Shown here piece by piece: positions 11,216 through 21,984 of a stretch of 64,000 nucleotides of DNA. The stretch lies in contig NC_087437.1 in NCBI RefSeq assembly GCF_036321535.1, forward strand, positions 115,818,001 through 115,882,000, given 5' to 3'. The notes below the pieces were generated by a model that saw only the letters and a program-made list of their open reading frames with translations, did no database searches and had not been told where the DNA came from. Source of the DNA: Camelus dromedarius (Eukaryota). Numbering within the stretch: position 1 is the first letter of the stretch; each line of letters opens with the position of its first letter. The translations under genes were made by a program, and so were the position numbers.

Positions 11216-12419
11216 TTACAGAGCACCCACTACTCAGTGTGTCAGAAATGGAATTGGCTCCAAGCAGCAGCCAGCTCGCTGGCACAAGTGAGATAAAACA
11301 GGTCTGGATGCCTAAGGAAGGAGCGAATGTGAGGCCCAAGATTTGGAAAAAAGATTAATAAGGGTTTGGAATTAAGCACACAGCCAAGAAAAGGTTGAGA
11401 GATTGCTGAGCATGCGAACAGTTTTCCATCTTAGTTTGGAAACTGTGGCCATTTAGCCAGTTCATTCGAGCGTGGGCTGGCTTTCTGCGTGCCAACAATA
11501 ACCTAATTTGCGCCTGGCTGGAGAAAATAGACATTGAGAGCATCTTACGTTGGTGCTCGGCCCCACAAGGGGGGTTGGGGGAGGGGAACAGCTCTTGGAA
11601 AAGCAGACACTTGCAAATGGTGGTGAGAGGAAGCATTGTGTCTTTGGGTTTAGGTGAATGCATCTTTTATCTATTTATTTGTAATTTTATGTTCTTTAAA
11701 ATTTCTTTAGGGATTCAGAAAAAAATAACCATAATTACCAGGCATTGCTTGGCATCCAGTGTTGAAGGAATGAGCCATGGTCCCAGATGCGAAGCACCAG
11801 TGACATGGCCTGTGTTGACAATCATGCAGTTTGTCGCCCTGCTCTTTCCCGCCAAGTCAGTTACACCAGGGCAGCTTGTCAAGGAGGCTTGCCGGGACTA
11901 CGCTGGAAAGCGTGTCAAGAAAGTGCAAACGCTGTGACCTCCTCCCCCAGGAGCCCTTCCCCTAGAGCCCCCAAAGCCCATGGACTTCAAGAGTTGTTTG
12001 TGTTTGGCTTGACCCTGTACCTTGGGTTTCAATCTTTGCCTAATTTACTGCTAGACCCAACTGCTGAAAAATATGGCTGAAAAGCTGATGAACATCCTGG
12101 TTCTCGCCTCTAGGTCTCTGATTGATTCTCCTTCCCAGTGACTTTCCCTGATCTCTTCTCCTGCTTTCCTACTTCAATGTTTTGGTCCCCAGGGTTTGTC
12201 CTCAGCCTGCTTCTCTTCTCACCCCTCACTCTTTCTCAGGGAGAAGTCACCTGTGCTGAAACTCTCCTTACATTTAGATGACTCCCACATCTAACTCTCC
12301 AAGTCAGATCTTTCAGTATCTACGCTGCCACCTTGACTTGCTTGCAAGACATCTCCACCTGCATCTCCTGTGGGAACCTCAAAATGAGCACTCAATATGC
12401 AGCTCATTATCCCCAGGCT

Positions 12420-12868
12420 GTCTGGCTAAGTAGTCTCCATGTGTCCCAGCAGAGCTTCCCTTTAAGATTCTCCATACCCCAGGGGAATGACTTCTATGGA
12501 TGCACCGGTATCTCATGTCTTCTGGCTTCCTGATGGGTTTAGATCGTGGCAGGCACTGACAGGAGGTTGAAGGGCAGGTGGACAATGGAGCATTCCTGTG
12601 GGCTCTAGGTTGAATTGAAAGGGATTGAGTTCCGCTTCCTACCACCACAGTCCCATTCAGTGGCTGTCTCGCTCACAGTTCTGTCTGGTTTCCTTCCCTG
12701 GCACCTTTGGGCTCAAGGTGGTAATGGCTCCAGCTGTTCCAGGACTTGGTGCCTTCCCTTCCTTGGCTGGTTTCCTCTAGCTTTTCCCACAACTCCATGG
12801 AGTCTCACTTCTAACCCTCTACCCCAGTCCACCATCTGTGCTTCTGTGTCCCGTAGACCCTGACACAT
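12420..12868 (+). mobile_element. LTR33-like ERVL solo LTR
   Basis: ttctggcttcctgatgggtttaga...ggcaggcactgacaggagg...aaggtggtaatggctccagctgtt...gaccctgacaca terminus. Confidence 0.65.
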
Positions 12869-13079
12869 ATGTCTCCCATGTGTTCCTTCCCTTTACATGA
12901 CCCCGTGGATGGCACCAGCGTCTGTCTGCTCAGAACCCCAGCCTGGAAGCCAGAGGCACCCTTGCCTTGCCTTTCTCTTCTTCACCCCACCCCCAGTAGA
13001 CACCAGGTCCCACGTCTTCTTCTTAAAAGCTTTTCCAATTGGCCCTTCTTTACTATCCCCATCGTACCAGAACTGTTTG

Positions 13080-13635
13080 TGTTGCAGAAGTAAATGAAGA
13101 CCAATGAAATGAGAAAAGCAGAGATGACTTATTTAGAGTTTGCCATAGCAAGACAGTCTGCCATGTGACTTGCATTTTGGCAGAGACTCAAAGGCAGGCA
13201 GAGGATTGGGGAATCTTCAGAGTGGAGAAAAGGGAAGGCTCCAGGTGTGCCCTGATTGGAGGCTGCAGGTTGGGAGAAGCTCTAGGTGGCCAGCTAGCAG
13301 TGGGACATCCTACGTGATTGCTCAGGGGGTGCACAGTCAGCTTTCTCTAGTTGGTACCAAGTTGGAAGCAGAGATAAAAACTAGGAAAGCTGCCAATAAT
13401 TAATCAAATCCTGGCCATTTTAAGCCAATTTTTATGCAAGTCCGTGTTTGTCTTCCCAGATGGTTACTGAAGACGGCAGTGGGGGCTCGCACGCCTCTGA
13501 CTTGCAGCAGGCTGGCTTCCTGGTTGTTTACTGTGCTTAAGGGGTTGGTCTCCTGGGCAGATGGCTGTGGGGTGTGGGTCAGCATTCTGTTTTTATATGG
13601 TCTGGCCACTGCTTGTTTGTATATTCAGTCTCTCA
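13080..13635 (-). mobile_element. ERV1-class solo LTR (MER89/MER90-like)
   Basis: Minus strand starts TGAGAGACTGAATATACAAACAAGCAGTGGCCAGACCATATAAAAACAGAATGCTGACCCACA and ends ...CTGCAACA (TG...CA termini). Confidence 0.7.
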
Positions 13636-13669
13636 GAGCTCTTGTCAGGTTTTAATAAATAACAACTAC

Positions 13670-13860
13670 AAAACTTTTTTTATGTTCTTGCTTATAAAGA
13701 TAATATATCCTCATGCAGAAAAATTTTAAGCAACCAAGGAAAGCGTAAAGAAGAAAGCAAACCCCTCACTCCATGTCCTGCCACCAGCGGTAAGTAAGCA
13801 CTGTTCACATTTCAGCGAGCATCTTCCCAGACATCTTTGTGCACCAACACACAGTCACAT
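13670..13860 (-). mobile_element. L1ME4-like 3' fragment
   Basis: ttataaagataatatatcctcatgcagaaaaatttt...aagaagaaagcaaa...cactgttcacattt...tcttcccagacatcttt. Confidence 0.55.
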
Positions 13861-15316
13861 GCAAGACATCAGCCCACACATGCTTTTTTGTAGCCCACAC
13901 CTCAGTCTTCATCTGGATTACTGCAGGCATCTCCGTGTCTAGATCATGGCTCCAGTCTTTCCTACCTCCATTTCCTTTTTTACAGAGCTTCCCAATGGGG
14001 TCTCTCCAGTTCAGATCCCATCACGTACTGTCCTGCTTTACGTCGCTCAGTGGTCCCACCTATAAAGCCTGAGCTCCTGGGTAGGGGTCCCCACGCCACT
14101 GAGGATGTGCCCTTGGCTTTCCCTCTGTCTGAACCTTCCATCCCTTCTCCGGCTGTGAGGATCCCAGGGCTCTGTAAGGCACGGTGCTCTTTTTTCACAC
14201 GACAATGTCTTTTCACATCCATTGTCTTCCATGCTCCTCTTCACCCCCACAACTTACTTGAGTCCATAGGACTCAGCTCAAACTTCTCCTCCCCAGGGAG
14301 CTCCCAAGATTGCTGGATTCCCATCCTCACCACCCTTGCCTGCACAGGACAGCACTCAGCATGTGTGACAGTGCCTGGCTTCCAGGTCACTCTGCCTGGG
14401 CAGACCCTGAGCTCTCGAGGGTAAGTGACTATGTCATCACTGTGCCTGTGATGATGCCAGAAACACAGCAGAGGTTCCATAGACACTGCCTGGATGAGTA
14501 AGTTGGTGGATGGATGACATTAGATGCATGTGTGTGTGTGTTTTCACACACATATCTGTCGATGAACTGGTCACATGTCAGGTTGACTTCGGGTAAAACA
14601 GAAAATGCCAACACCTACCTTCTATGGGGCAGCCACTTAAACCACTAAAAAATATCCATATTGCCTTTCATTGTGGTCAGTGCTATTGCTATGCATGTTG
14701 CCTCCATTCTTATTTCTCCTGTCTGTTATCCCACAAAAGATTTTTGTGGGAAGTAAAATGTTACATTCATAAAAGTGCTTTGAACTTTTTGCGGGAAAAT
14801 TCACTTTTCTGCAGATCAGTAAGGGAGCCACCTTCCCCTGTAAACAGCGGCTAGCACAGAGCCCAGTTTTTCCAGATGAGGGGTGCCTGGGAAGCAATGC
14901 AGATGACCTACGATCTGCTGGAAACAGGAAGCATGAGAGGTCCCGCGGGCCTCGGCTGGCCTTTTCTCTCACAAGCTGTGTCCTCTCGGGAAGGGAAAGG
15001 GGCAACAAAAGTGGGAGAATCCCTATTATAAGCCTGTCCTAGAAAGCCGTCCTTCACGCCCGGTGGTGACTCAAGTCAGAAAAGTAAAGATTAAGTGTTT
15101 GCTGAACTAGAGACCAGTGAGTGAAAACTCAAGCATCGTAGGACTGGTAATTTCTCTTTTATGCAGTGTTTTCAGAACAAGGTCTGAGATGTTCAAGCCT
15201 AGAGACAAGCTGATTGGGGGTTTGTGTTGTAAAGGATGGTGGCAGAAAGAGGGTGTTAGGGTTTTGCTGAGTTGCAGGCATCACATCCAGGTTTTTCTGA
15301 ACCTCCTTGGACGACG

Positions 15317-15749
15317 TGTAGTGGTTAAGACAACGGCCCTGATGATGCTCACATCCCAGTCCCTGGAACCTGTGAATATGTATGTCACCAGGCAAAAGGA
15401 CACTGAGGCTGAGGATGGAAATAAGGTTGTTAGCCAGCTGGGAGATTATCCTGGGTCCTTAAAAGTGGGAGAGGGAGGACCAGAGAGATGGCAGCATAAT
15501 TTCAAGGATGGTGGAATGAAACCACGAGCCAAGGAATGCAGGTGGCCTCTTGAAGCTGGAAGAGGCAAGAAGGGATGAGATCCTCTCCTAGAGCCTCCAA
15601 ATAGGAGCAGAGCCCTGATGATACCTTGACTTTAGCCCAGTGAGACTCAGGTAAGCCTTGTGACTTCCAGAACTGTAGGATAATACACCTCTGTCATCAC
15701 TGTAACAGATTTGTGATGCTTTGTTACCGCAGGTACAGGGAACAACTCA
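15317..15749 (+). mobile_element. MaLR LTR (MLT1E-like)
   Basis: tccctggaacctgtgaatatg...gatggaaataaggttgttagccagctg...gagccaaggaatgcaggtggcctcttgaagctggaagaggcaag...ccttgactttagcccagtgagact. Confidence 0.85.
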
Positions 15750-15759
15750 GGGCAGCAGA

Positions 15760-15850
15760 TCCTGTGCTAAGTGCTCGGTGTATGACGGTGAGTAAGGACA
15801 AAGCCCTGCCCTTGTGGGTTTGCAGCCTTGAAGAAGAGACAGGTGCACAC
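15760..15850 (-). mobile_element. L2 fragment
   Basis: ctgtgctaagtgctcggtgtatgacggtgagtaaggacaaagccctgcccttgtgg. Confidence 0.55.
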
Positions 15851-15874
15851 GGCCACTAGGCAGGATGGTAGGTA

Positions 15875-16161
15875 GTGATGGTATTTGGAGGTGGCGTCTT
15901 GGGGAGGTAATTAGCTCATGAGGGTGGAGCCCTTTAATGGAATTAGTGCCTTGTGGTAAGAAACCCCGGAGAGCACTCTCTCTGTTTCTAGCTTAGAGGA
16001 TACCATAGAGCAAGAAGGAGGCCGTCTGCAAACCCCAAGGAGAGTCCCCACCAGGAACTGAATTCACCAGCACCTTGATCTAGGACTCTCAGGCTCTTCT
16101 GTCTGTTGCTGAAGCCTTTCACCCTGGTATCGTGGTGTAGCAGCCTGAGCTGACTAACACA
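15875..16161 (+). mobile_element. MaLR LTR (MLT1A-like), 5'-truncated
   Basis: gtgatggtatttggaggtggcgtcttggggaggtaattagctcatgagggtggagccc...gcagcctgagctgactaacaca. Confidence 0.85.
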
Positions 16162-16224
16162 CCAGAGTACCGGGGTCCCCACTGCTGGCCTAGTGGTCGT
16201 GTGCACCTGTCTCTTCTTCAAGGT

Positions 16225-16431
16225 GCTTTTAGCCTTTTAGAAGATGGACAAGTCAAGGACATGGATTTCCCCCTAGAACCCACAGAACGGATGCCGACCT
16301 GCTGAAAACTTGATTTTTCGCCCTGTGGGACCTGTGTCAGACTTCTAGCAGAACTGTCAGGTAATAAATTTGTGTTGTTTGAGCCACCAAGTGTGTGGCA
16401 GTTTGTTACAGCAGCATTTGGAAACGAACAC
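16225..16431 (+). mobile_element. MaLR LTR 3' half (MLT1D-like)
   Basis: ggatttccccctagaaccc...taataaatttgtgttgtttgagccaccaagtgtgtggcagtttgttacagcagcatttggaaacgaacaca. Confidence 0.85.
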
Positions 16432-19400
16432 AGGGAGACATGGGGTTGCCTAGAGACTAAGCCACGGCACTGAGCCTGCGGGAGGCAGAGAAGGTCTGGG
16501 GCTTCACTGGATGTAGCGGAGTGAACGCCACGCTCACAAGGTCTCATTCATTCAAATGGATTGTGCAGATGACCGGACGACAGCTCAGACCAGGACTGGG
16601 AACCCCTCCATGTGGTCTGTGGACTGTGTAAACTGCCTGAGCTCCCCTCCAGGGAGAGGTGGTTTCCCATAAGAACCACAGAGGCAGGATGGCCCCCCTC
16701 CCTCCCCTGGGCAGCAGCTGCTCAGAACCAGGGAAATCTGGGGTTGTGACGTGTCTTCCACCTGAGGGTTGTGAGTGGATTCATAGCTGTTATGCTAATC
16801 GACATTTTTCTACAAGAATATGTTAACTGATGCAGAATTGTACTTGTCAGAGCAAGCTCACAAGGGAGCTAGGTTTTCAGCTGCATTTTGGACAGGATGG
16901 GAGTGGTGGGTGGGAAGGTGGGGATCAGGCTTCATGGCTTCAAGGACAGGAGGAGAGAAGCCTTTTCAGAGATGGATGCCAGGGGTCCATCTTGAGAAAT
17001 CTCAACAGTGTTTCCGGTTTTCTCAGAGCTTGGCTTTATGTTGGAGAGAATATAACAAATGAGTGTCCTGGTAACAGAAAATGGAAGAATTCAGAATCAA
17101 GAGAGTTGGGTCTCAGCAGACATGTTCAAAGCTCTAGTCTCTCTCACTGTTAGACACGGCCTTCTGCTTCTCCGACTGTCTGTGAAGTCCTGACACGCTA
17201 GGCTGAAGTTCGACAGCTGCTCCAGGAACTTGCAGTTTAATTTATTTTTTGTTCACTTTTCTCAAATTCGTATTTGGCTTTGTGGTACAAAGGACAAACC
17301 AGTGGGTCTGAGTGGCCCCCACTGGGCTTTCATTGACCTGAAACCTGGGAGTCCCATGAAGCTACAGCGACAAGGGAAAGGTTCAGGCATAAAACTGTGG
17401 AAGAGGCCTGAACACGACAGATGCCGAGGTGACCTTTGCAGGCCATGGATGCTGAACCCTCCGATTATGTATATCTCACACCCCTGCACACCGAGAGACA
17501 CACTTTCGGATGGGAGTCACTCCTTCTAGAAACACATAGCTTAATTTCTGTATTTCTAGATTTTGCGCTGCAGCACGGGTAGTTGAGGTGGGAGGCAGGA
17601 GGTGGGCTGGGTCACAAACAGCAGGTGTGTCAACTAGCTGGTCACAGGGAGAGGTGGGGGCTGGGGTGCAGGCGTTGGCATCACTTCAAGGAACCTGGCT
17701 TTGTGCCAGGAGCCGCTTTGCTTGGGAAAGAGTTGAGCAGAGAAGGAGTGTGTTGGGTAAGGCTGGGCTCCCTCCAACAGAACGTGCACAAACATCCTCT
17801 GCTTGTGGACAGAAAGCGGCACCGTGCTGGGTCCCCGCAGGAGCTGCTTAGTAAACACACATGCGCTTGATTTATCGCTCGGCGGTGTGAGATGAAATTT
17901 TTATAGCACGCATGCCTGGAACCTGGCTGCAACTCTCTGTGCTGTGGAACCAAAGTAGAGATGTCAGGGCTGTCCTGGCCACCTTCCAAGAGGATTTAGG
18001 CTCCAGTGTAAAGGCGGGCTTCATGTGTCAGCTCAGCGCCCTGCAAGAAACTGGGAAAGTTATGTTTCTGGGTCATGATCCTAAGCAACTTATACTTGAT
18101 TAGCTGAAGGATGGACTCGAAAAGACGTTGGAGTTTGAAAAATGGTGTTGAGCAAATCCTCTTGCTTGCTGCAAGGACTTAATCTGTTGAGGCAGCTTGG
18201 GATGCAGGGCAAACGACTGCCTTTGGAGCCTAAGTGCCAGAGTGCACGATGATGTCAAAGGGAAACAATCCCTCGTGCTGTTGCCGAGGGAGATCCAAAC
18301 CAGTGGGGGCTGATCAGCAGTAGGGCGTTTCCTTAGGAGAGGTAACGTGTGCATTAAAAAGTCCCAGACCTGAACCTTTATCTGTGGGATAAAACATTTG
18401 AATCGCCATATTTGAAAAAAGTGTCCTGTTTTATTGGTAGCAGAACACAGAAGCCTACATTTATGCAACAGTTTTATTAGAAACTACAACGGGGTGAGAA
18501 CTGGAAGTTGCCTGAAGCCGCAATCTTGCTACACACATGCAGAAGCCCTTGGTACGGGTCTAGGGTTAACAAAATTAATGAAATTAACAACAAAGCCTCA
18601 GAGATAAGAGAACCCTGCTTGTGTTGAGGTTTCATGATGTTCTGTTGAAGAAGCCACTAAAGTCGAGGAGAGAACACCTCTGAGGGCAAGGAAGGTCTTT
18701 TTGGAGGGAACTGCTTCAGCAAGTCCGAGAAACAGCGGAGAAAGCCGGATGCACAGAGAGAATGTGGTAGCACTGGCCTTCAGTCCCATGAGACTTGGCT
18801 AAATGTCCAGCATCCCCTTGGAATTCTTCACACCTAAAATAATTCACGATGCGGCTGTAGTGTGAGTCCTGGGTGCTGGGCACTTTATCAGGAAGATGCG
18901 GAGGGTGCCACCTGCTGAACTGCTGAGGAGCTTGGCCTCGCCCCCACCTCTCCCGGTGGTACTGCTGGGCGCAGGGAGAGCGGGAGGAAGTGGGACACTT
19001 ACTATGCTGGTGACGTGCCTCTTGTCACACCTACACGTTAGAGCCCTCTGGGAGAGAAGTGCAAGGCTGGGCACTCCTGTGTTTGGAGTGAGAAGTGTGA
19101 GATCCTTCTTTGCTTAGCAGATCCAGTGGACGGGGGGATTATAAGGTAGGAATCCAGCTGTCCAGGGACACTTCAACTCCCAGAGGCTGAGCTCCCCTTT
19201 AAATGTGATGTTTAAGGTGTCACAGAAGGGTCCCGACTACAAGAGATTTAGGTGCTGTTTACTGAGTTTAAAAGTGTGATTTTGGCACCTTTTAAAACAC
19301 TTTCGACTCCTCACCAGAAGGAAGAATGATGAGGACAAATGATGACCACATTACAAACCAAAGCGCTGTAAGCTCTTTTGCTGTTATGAGGTCTTTAAAG

Positions 19401-20039
19401 ACAGGAACAGTGTGTTTTTTTTTCTAAATTTCTGTACCCTTGGGCCCTAACACAATACTTGATATTGGTCATTCCTCAGTGCATTCTTGGTAAAGGAAGG
19501 AAGGAAGGAGAAAAAGAAGGAAGACATTTCCATTGTGAGAACAGAATGCATCAGGTTCAGAAGAGTGTACTAGCACAGCTGGAGACCGGGTAGCGGTGGA
19601 AAGGCAGCTACAACACACAGTAACCCTGTTCCTTGGCACGTTCAATTCAGCCTTCAGCGGCCACTGAAAGCAACGTTGCTGAAAGAAGGGCCCTCCAGGA
19701 GCCTCAGGGATCAGCCATTCCCCACGCGGGACGCAGGAAGGCGCTGCACCGCAGGGCAGGCTGCTCTGTGTCCTCAAGAGACCCTGGACACCAGAGCCTG
19801 CCTCCTTCACAGGGATTTTTCCAGATAAGATGCCCTAATTCATCCCATGAGGCCTTGCTACTCTGTTGACAGCTGATCGGACCAGAGATAGACACCTGAC
19901 CAAAAAGGGTGGCTGCTCTAGGCTGACCACCTGCCAGTGGATGACCCGACAGGGAGCTCTGCCCAATAGGAGATGACGGTCCTGGATGGTGGCCAGTCAC
20001 GCAGTCTTCTCTCCCTGGAAGGCTGACTGTGAGCTGGTG

Positions 20040-20910
20040 GGGAAGTCCCGGGTGGCCGCAGAAGCTAAGAGGGTCGCAGAGGGAAGGCGACAAGAGGAAG
20101 CTCTGCGGGTGGGAGGGCGGGGAGGAGGGGTGAGGGGGAGGGGGAGGGGGGAGAGCAAGCCCAGGGGCAAGCAGCAGAGCCTCGGTGGAGATGCTGGGTC
20201 CCCGCGTGGCAGACATGCTGCTCCTGGGTCACTGGAGCCACCAGAACCCAACGGCGCGGATAAATCCTGGAAACAAATGAGGCTCCAGTTCCCAGGAAAC
20301 CTGGCCAGGTGGCGTCTTTAAACAAACCCCGTGACCCCAGGCAGCCTAACAGGTTTCCTCCAGAAGCCGCATTCACCAGTGGGCCGGGAGTCTGCACAAT
20401 GGGCCAGGTCGGTCTAGAAGGTGCAGAGCTTAACCTGTGATTTTAGGGTTCTGTGTGCTGTGGGGAGCTGGGGACATTCTAGGAAAATGTTTTTGCCTTT
20501 GCCTGGGAAGGAATTTAATACTCGAGTTCAGAATGCAAGAAAGAGCCAAAGTGGTACATATTAAACTTCCAAAGTGGAAGCGAAAACAAAGGTTCCAGGA
20601 GTCAGAAGTGGACGAGGGCAGCGTGGGCCGGGGGGCGGGGAGCAGGCAGAGGCAGTCCCCGAGCTGGGCGGAGCGCTGAGTGTGCGTGACGGTGGCAGGG
20701 AAAGTTCCGGGCAGACGCACCCGCGTGCGTGGCAGATGCTGCGCCGTGTGCTGCTGGGGCGAGGGGGGTGCCTGCGCCTCTGCAGACCCGCGGGGCTTCC
20801 CGGTGCACAAACATGGACGCACGACTCTCTGAACGTCTCAGACAACCAGACTGAACAGTTAGGACCCCAGACGGCATTTCCCAGCCTGGGTGACAGCCGT
20901 GATCGCAGAT
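20040..20910. promoter_or_regulatory. CpG/GC-rich segment with GC boxes; candidate promoter or enhancer
   Basis: Dense CpG at about 20600-20830; GGGGCGGGG at 20632-20640; GGGCGG near 20666; kB-like GGAAAGTTCC near 20699; several GCGTG cores; G-tract at 20107-20151. Confidence 0.5.
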
Positions 20911-21810
20911 GTTCCTTAGTGCCCGGTAATCAGAACAGTAAGGCCACGTCTGTGTTTTCTTGGGAACCACAGGTTTCTGATGGAAGAGAGGCTACCAAGT
21001 GAGAAACTTCACTTCACCTTTGCGTCAACTGCAAAGGGCCGCAGTGTTCTGTTCACACAGCGAGGATGTGTCCCAGTTTCATAAGCAAGGGAGACACAGA
21101 GGGCTGTGTCTGGAGAGATGGACAGTGGTCTGCCCTGTAACCGGGGGGGGAAACAGGAAGTTCTCAGCCAGGCTCCCCTCCTGGTACTAAAAGGGGACTC
21201 GAGAGAGGAAGCAGGGGAAGACCTATTGGGACAATGTTGAGGACGAATGCATTTCAGAGGGCCCTCTATTCTACTTTCTCCTATTTCTTGTCATCATTTG
21301 AAACATCTGTTACCTGCAGAACAAGGGGATGCTCACTGTGATGTGTTTTATAGGGGAGCCTTTGCCGATAAGAGACTACCCTTGAAAGCATCGCCAGCAC
21401 CCCCTGGATTGTCATAGCAGGAGTCTGGTCTGAGTCCTCACTCTCCTTGTCCTCTGAGGCATCCGATGCCACTGCCTTCACTCCTGTGCGATGCTCTCGA
21501 CTTCCTTGGCTAGTTTTATTCCATTGGGAACAGGGCTGGACCCTCGAGCACATACTAGATGACTTCAGAGCATAGAGTGGCTCCCTTGTGGGCTCTGAGA
21601 TCCAAGGTGGCATGCCTGTCATAAAGGTTTGAAAATGCCTGGGGCCCAGATCATACCTAAGATACTGCAACCAGCAGAGAATTAAAAACGGATGTCATCT
21701 ATAAGCTCACCCTCTGAGTTTTGCTTGAGATACAAACGTTACTGGTGGAAGAGAATCTCTGGGGGAAGAAGGCCCATGCCTGGCAGTTACTAAGGATGTG
21801 TTCCTGGTGG

Positions 21811-21855
21811 TTTTCCTTCCTTCCTTCCTTCCTTCCTTCCTCCCTCCATCCCTCC

Positions 21856-21954
<99 letters not shown>

Positions 21955-21984
21955 TCATTTTCTCTCTCTCTCTCTCTCTCTTTC
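21811..21984. repeat. Compound microsatellite (TTCC)n-(TTTC)n-(TC)n
   Basis: Directly visible, almost pure pyrimidine tract of about 174 bp. Confidence 0.98.

Larger units (their letters stand above)
12150..14520 (+). mobile_element. L2 LINE 3' region, broken by three later insertions
   Basis: L2-like pieces at about 12150-12400 (gatgactcccacatctaactctcc...gacatctccacctgcatctcc), 12870-13075, and 13890-14520 ending ...gatgccagaaacacagcagagg...ggatggatg. Confidence 0.65.

Noticed and set aside
18430..18833. Minus-strand terminal exon (attttag|GTGTGAAG with AATAAA at 18473-18478 and 18430-18435)
   Set aside because: The polypyrimidine tract is poor, AATAAA is frequent by chance, and there is no recognisable coding signal.
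20300..20320. CTCF site (tggccaggtggcgtc)
   Set aside because: It matches the 3' part of the core but lacks the strongly conserved 5' CC.
20435..20502. 68-nt minus-strand exon (ttccttcccag|GCAAAGG...ATCACAG|gttaag)
   Set aside because: The acceptor is plausible, but the GTTAAG donor is weak and I could not match the peptide to a known protein with any confidence; it needs RNA evidence.
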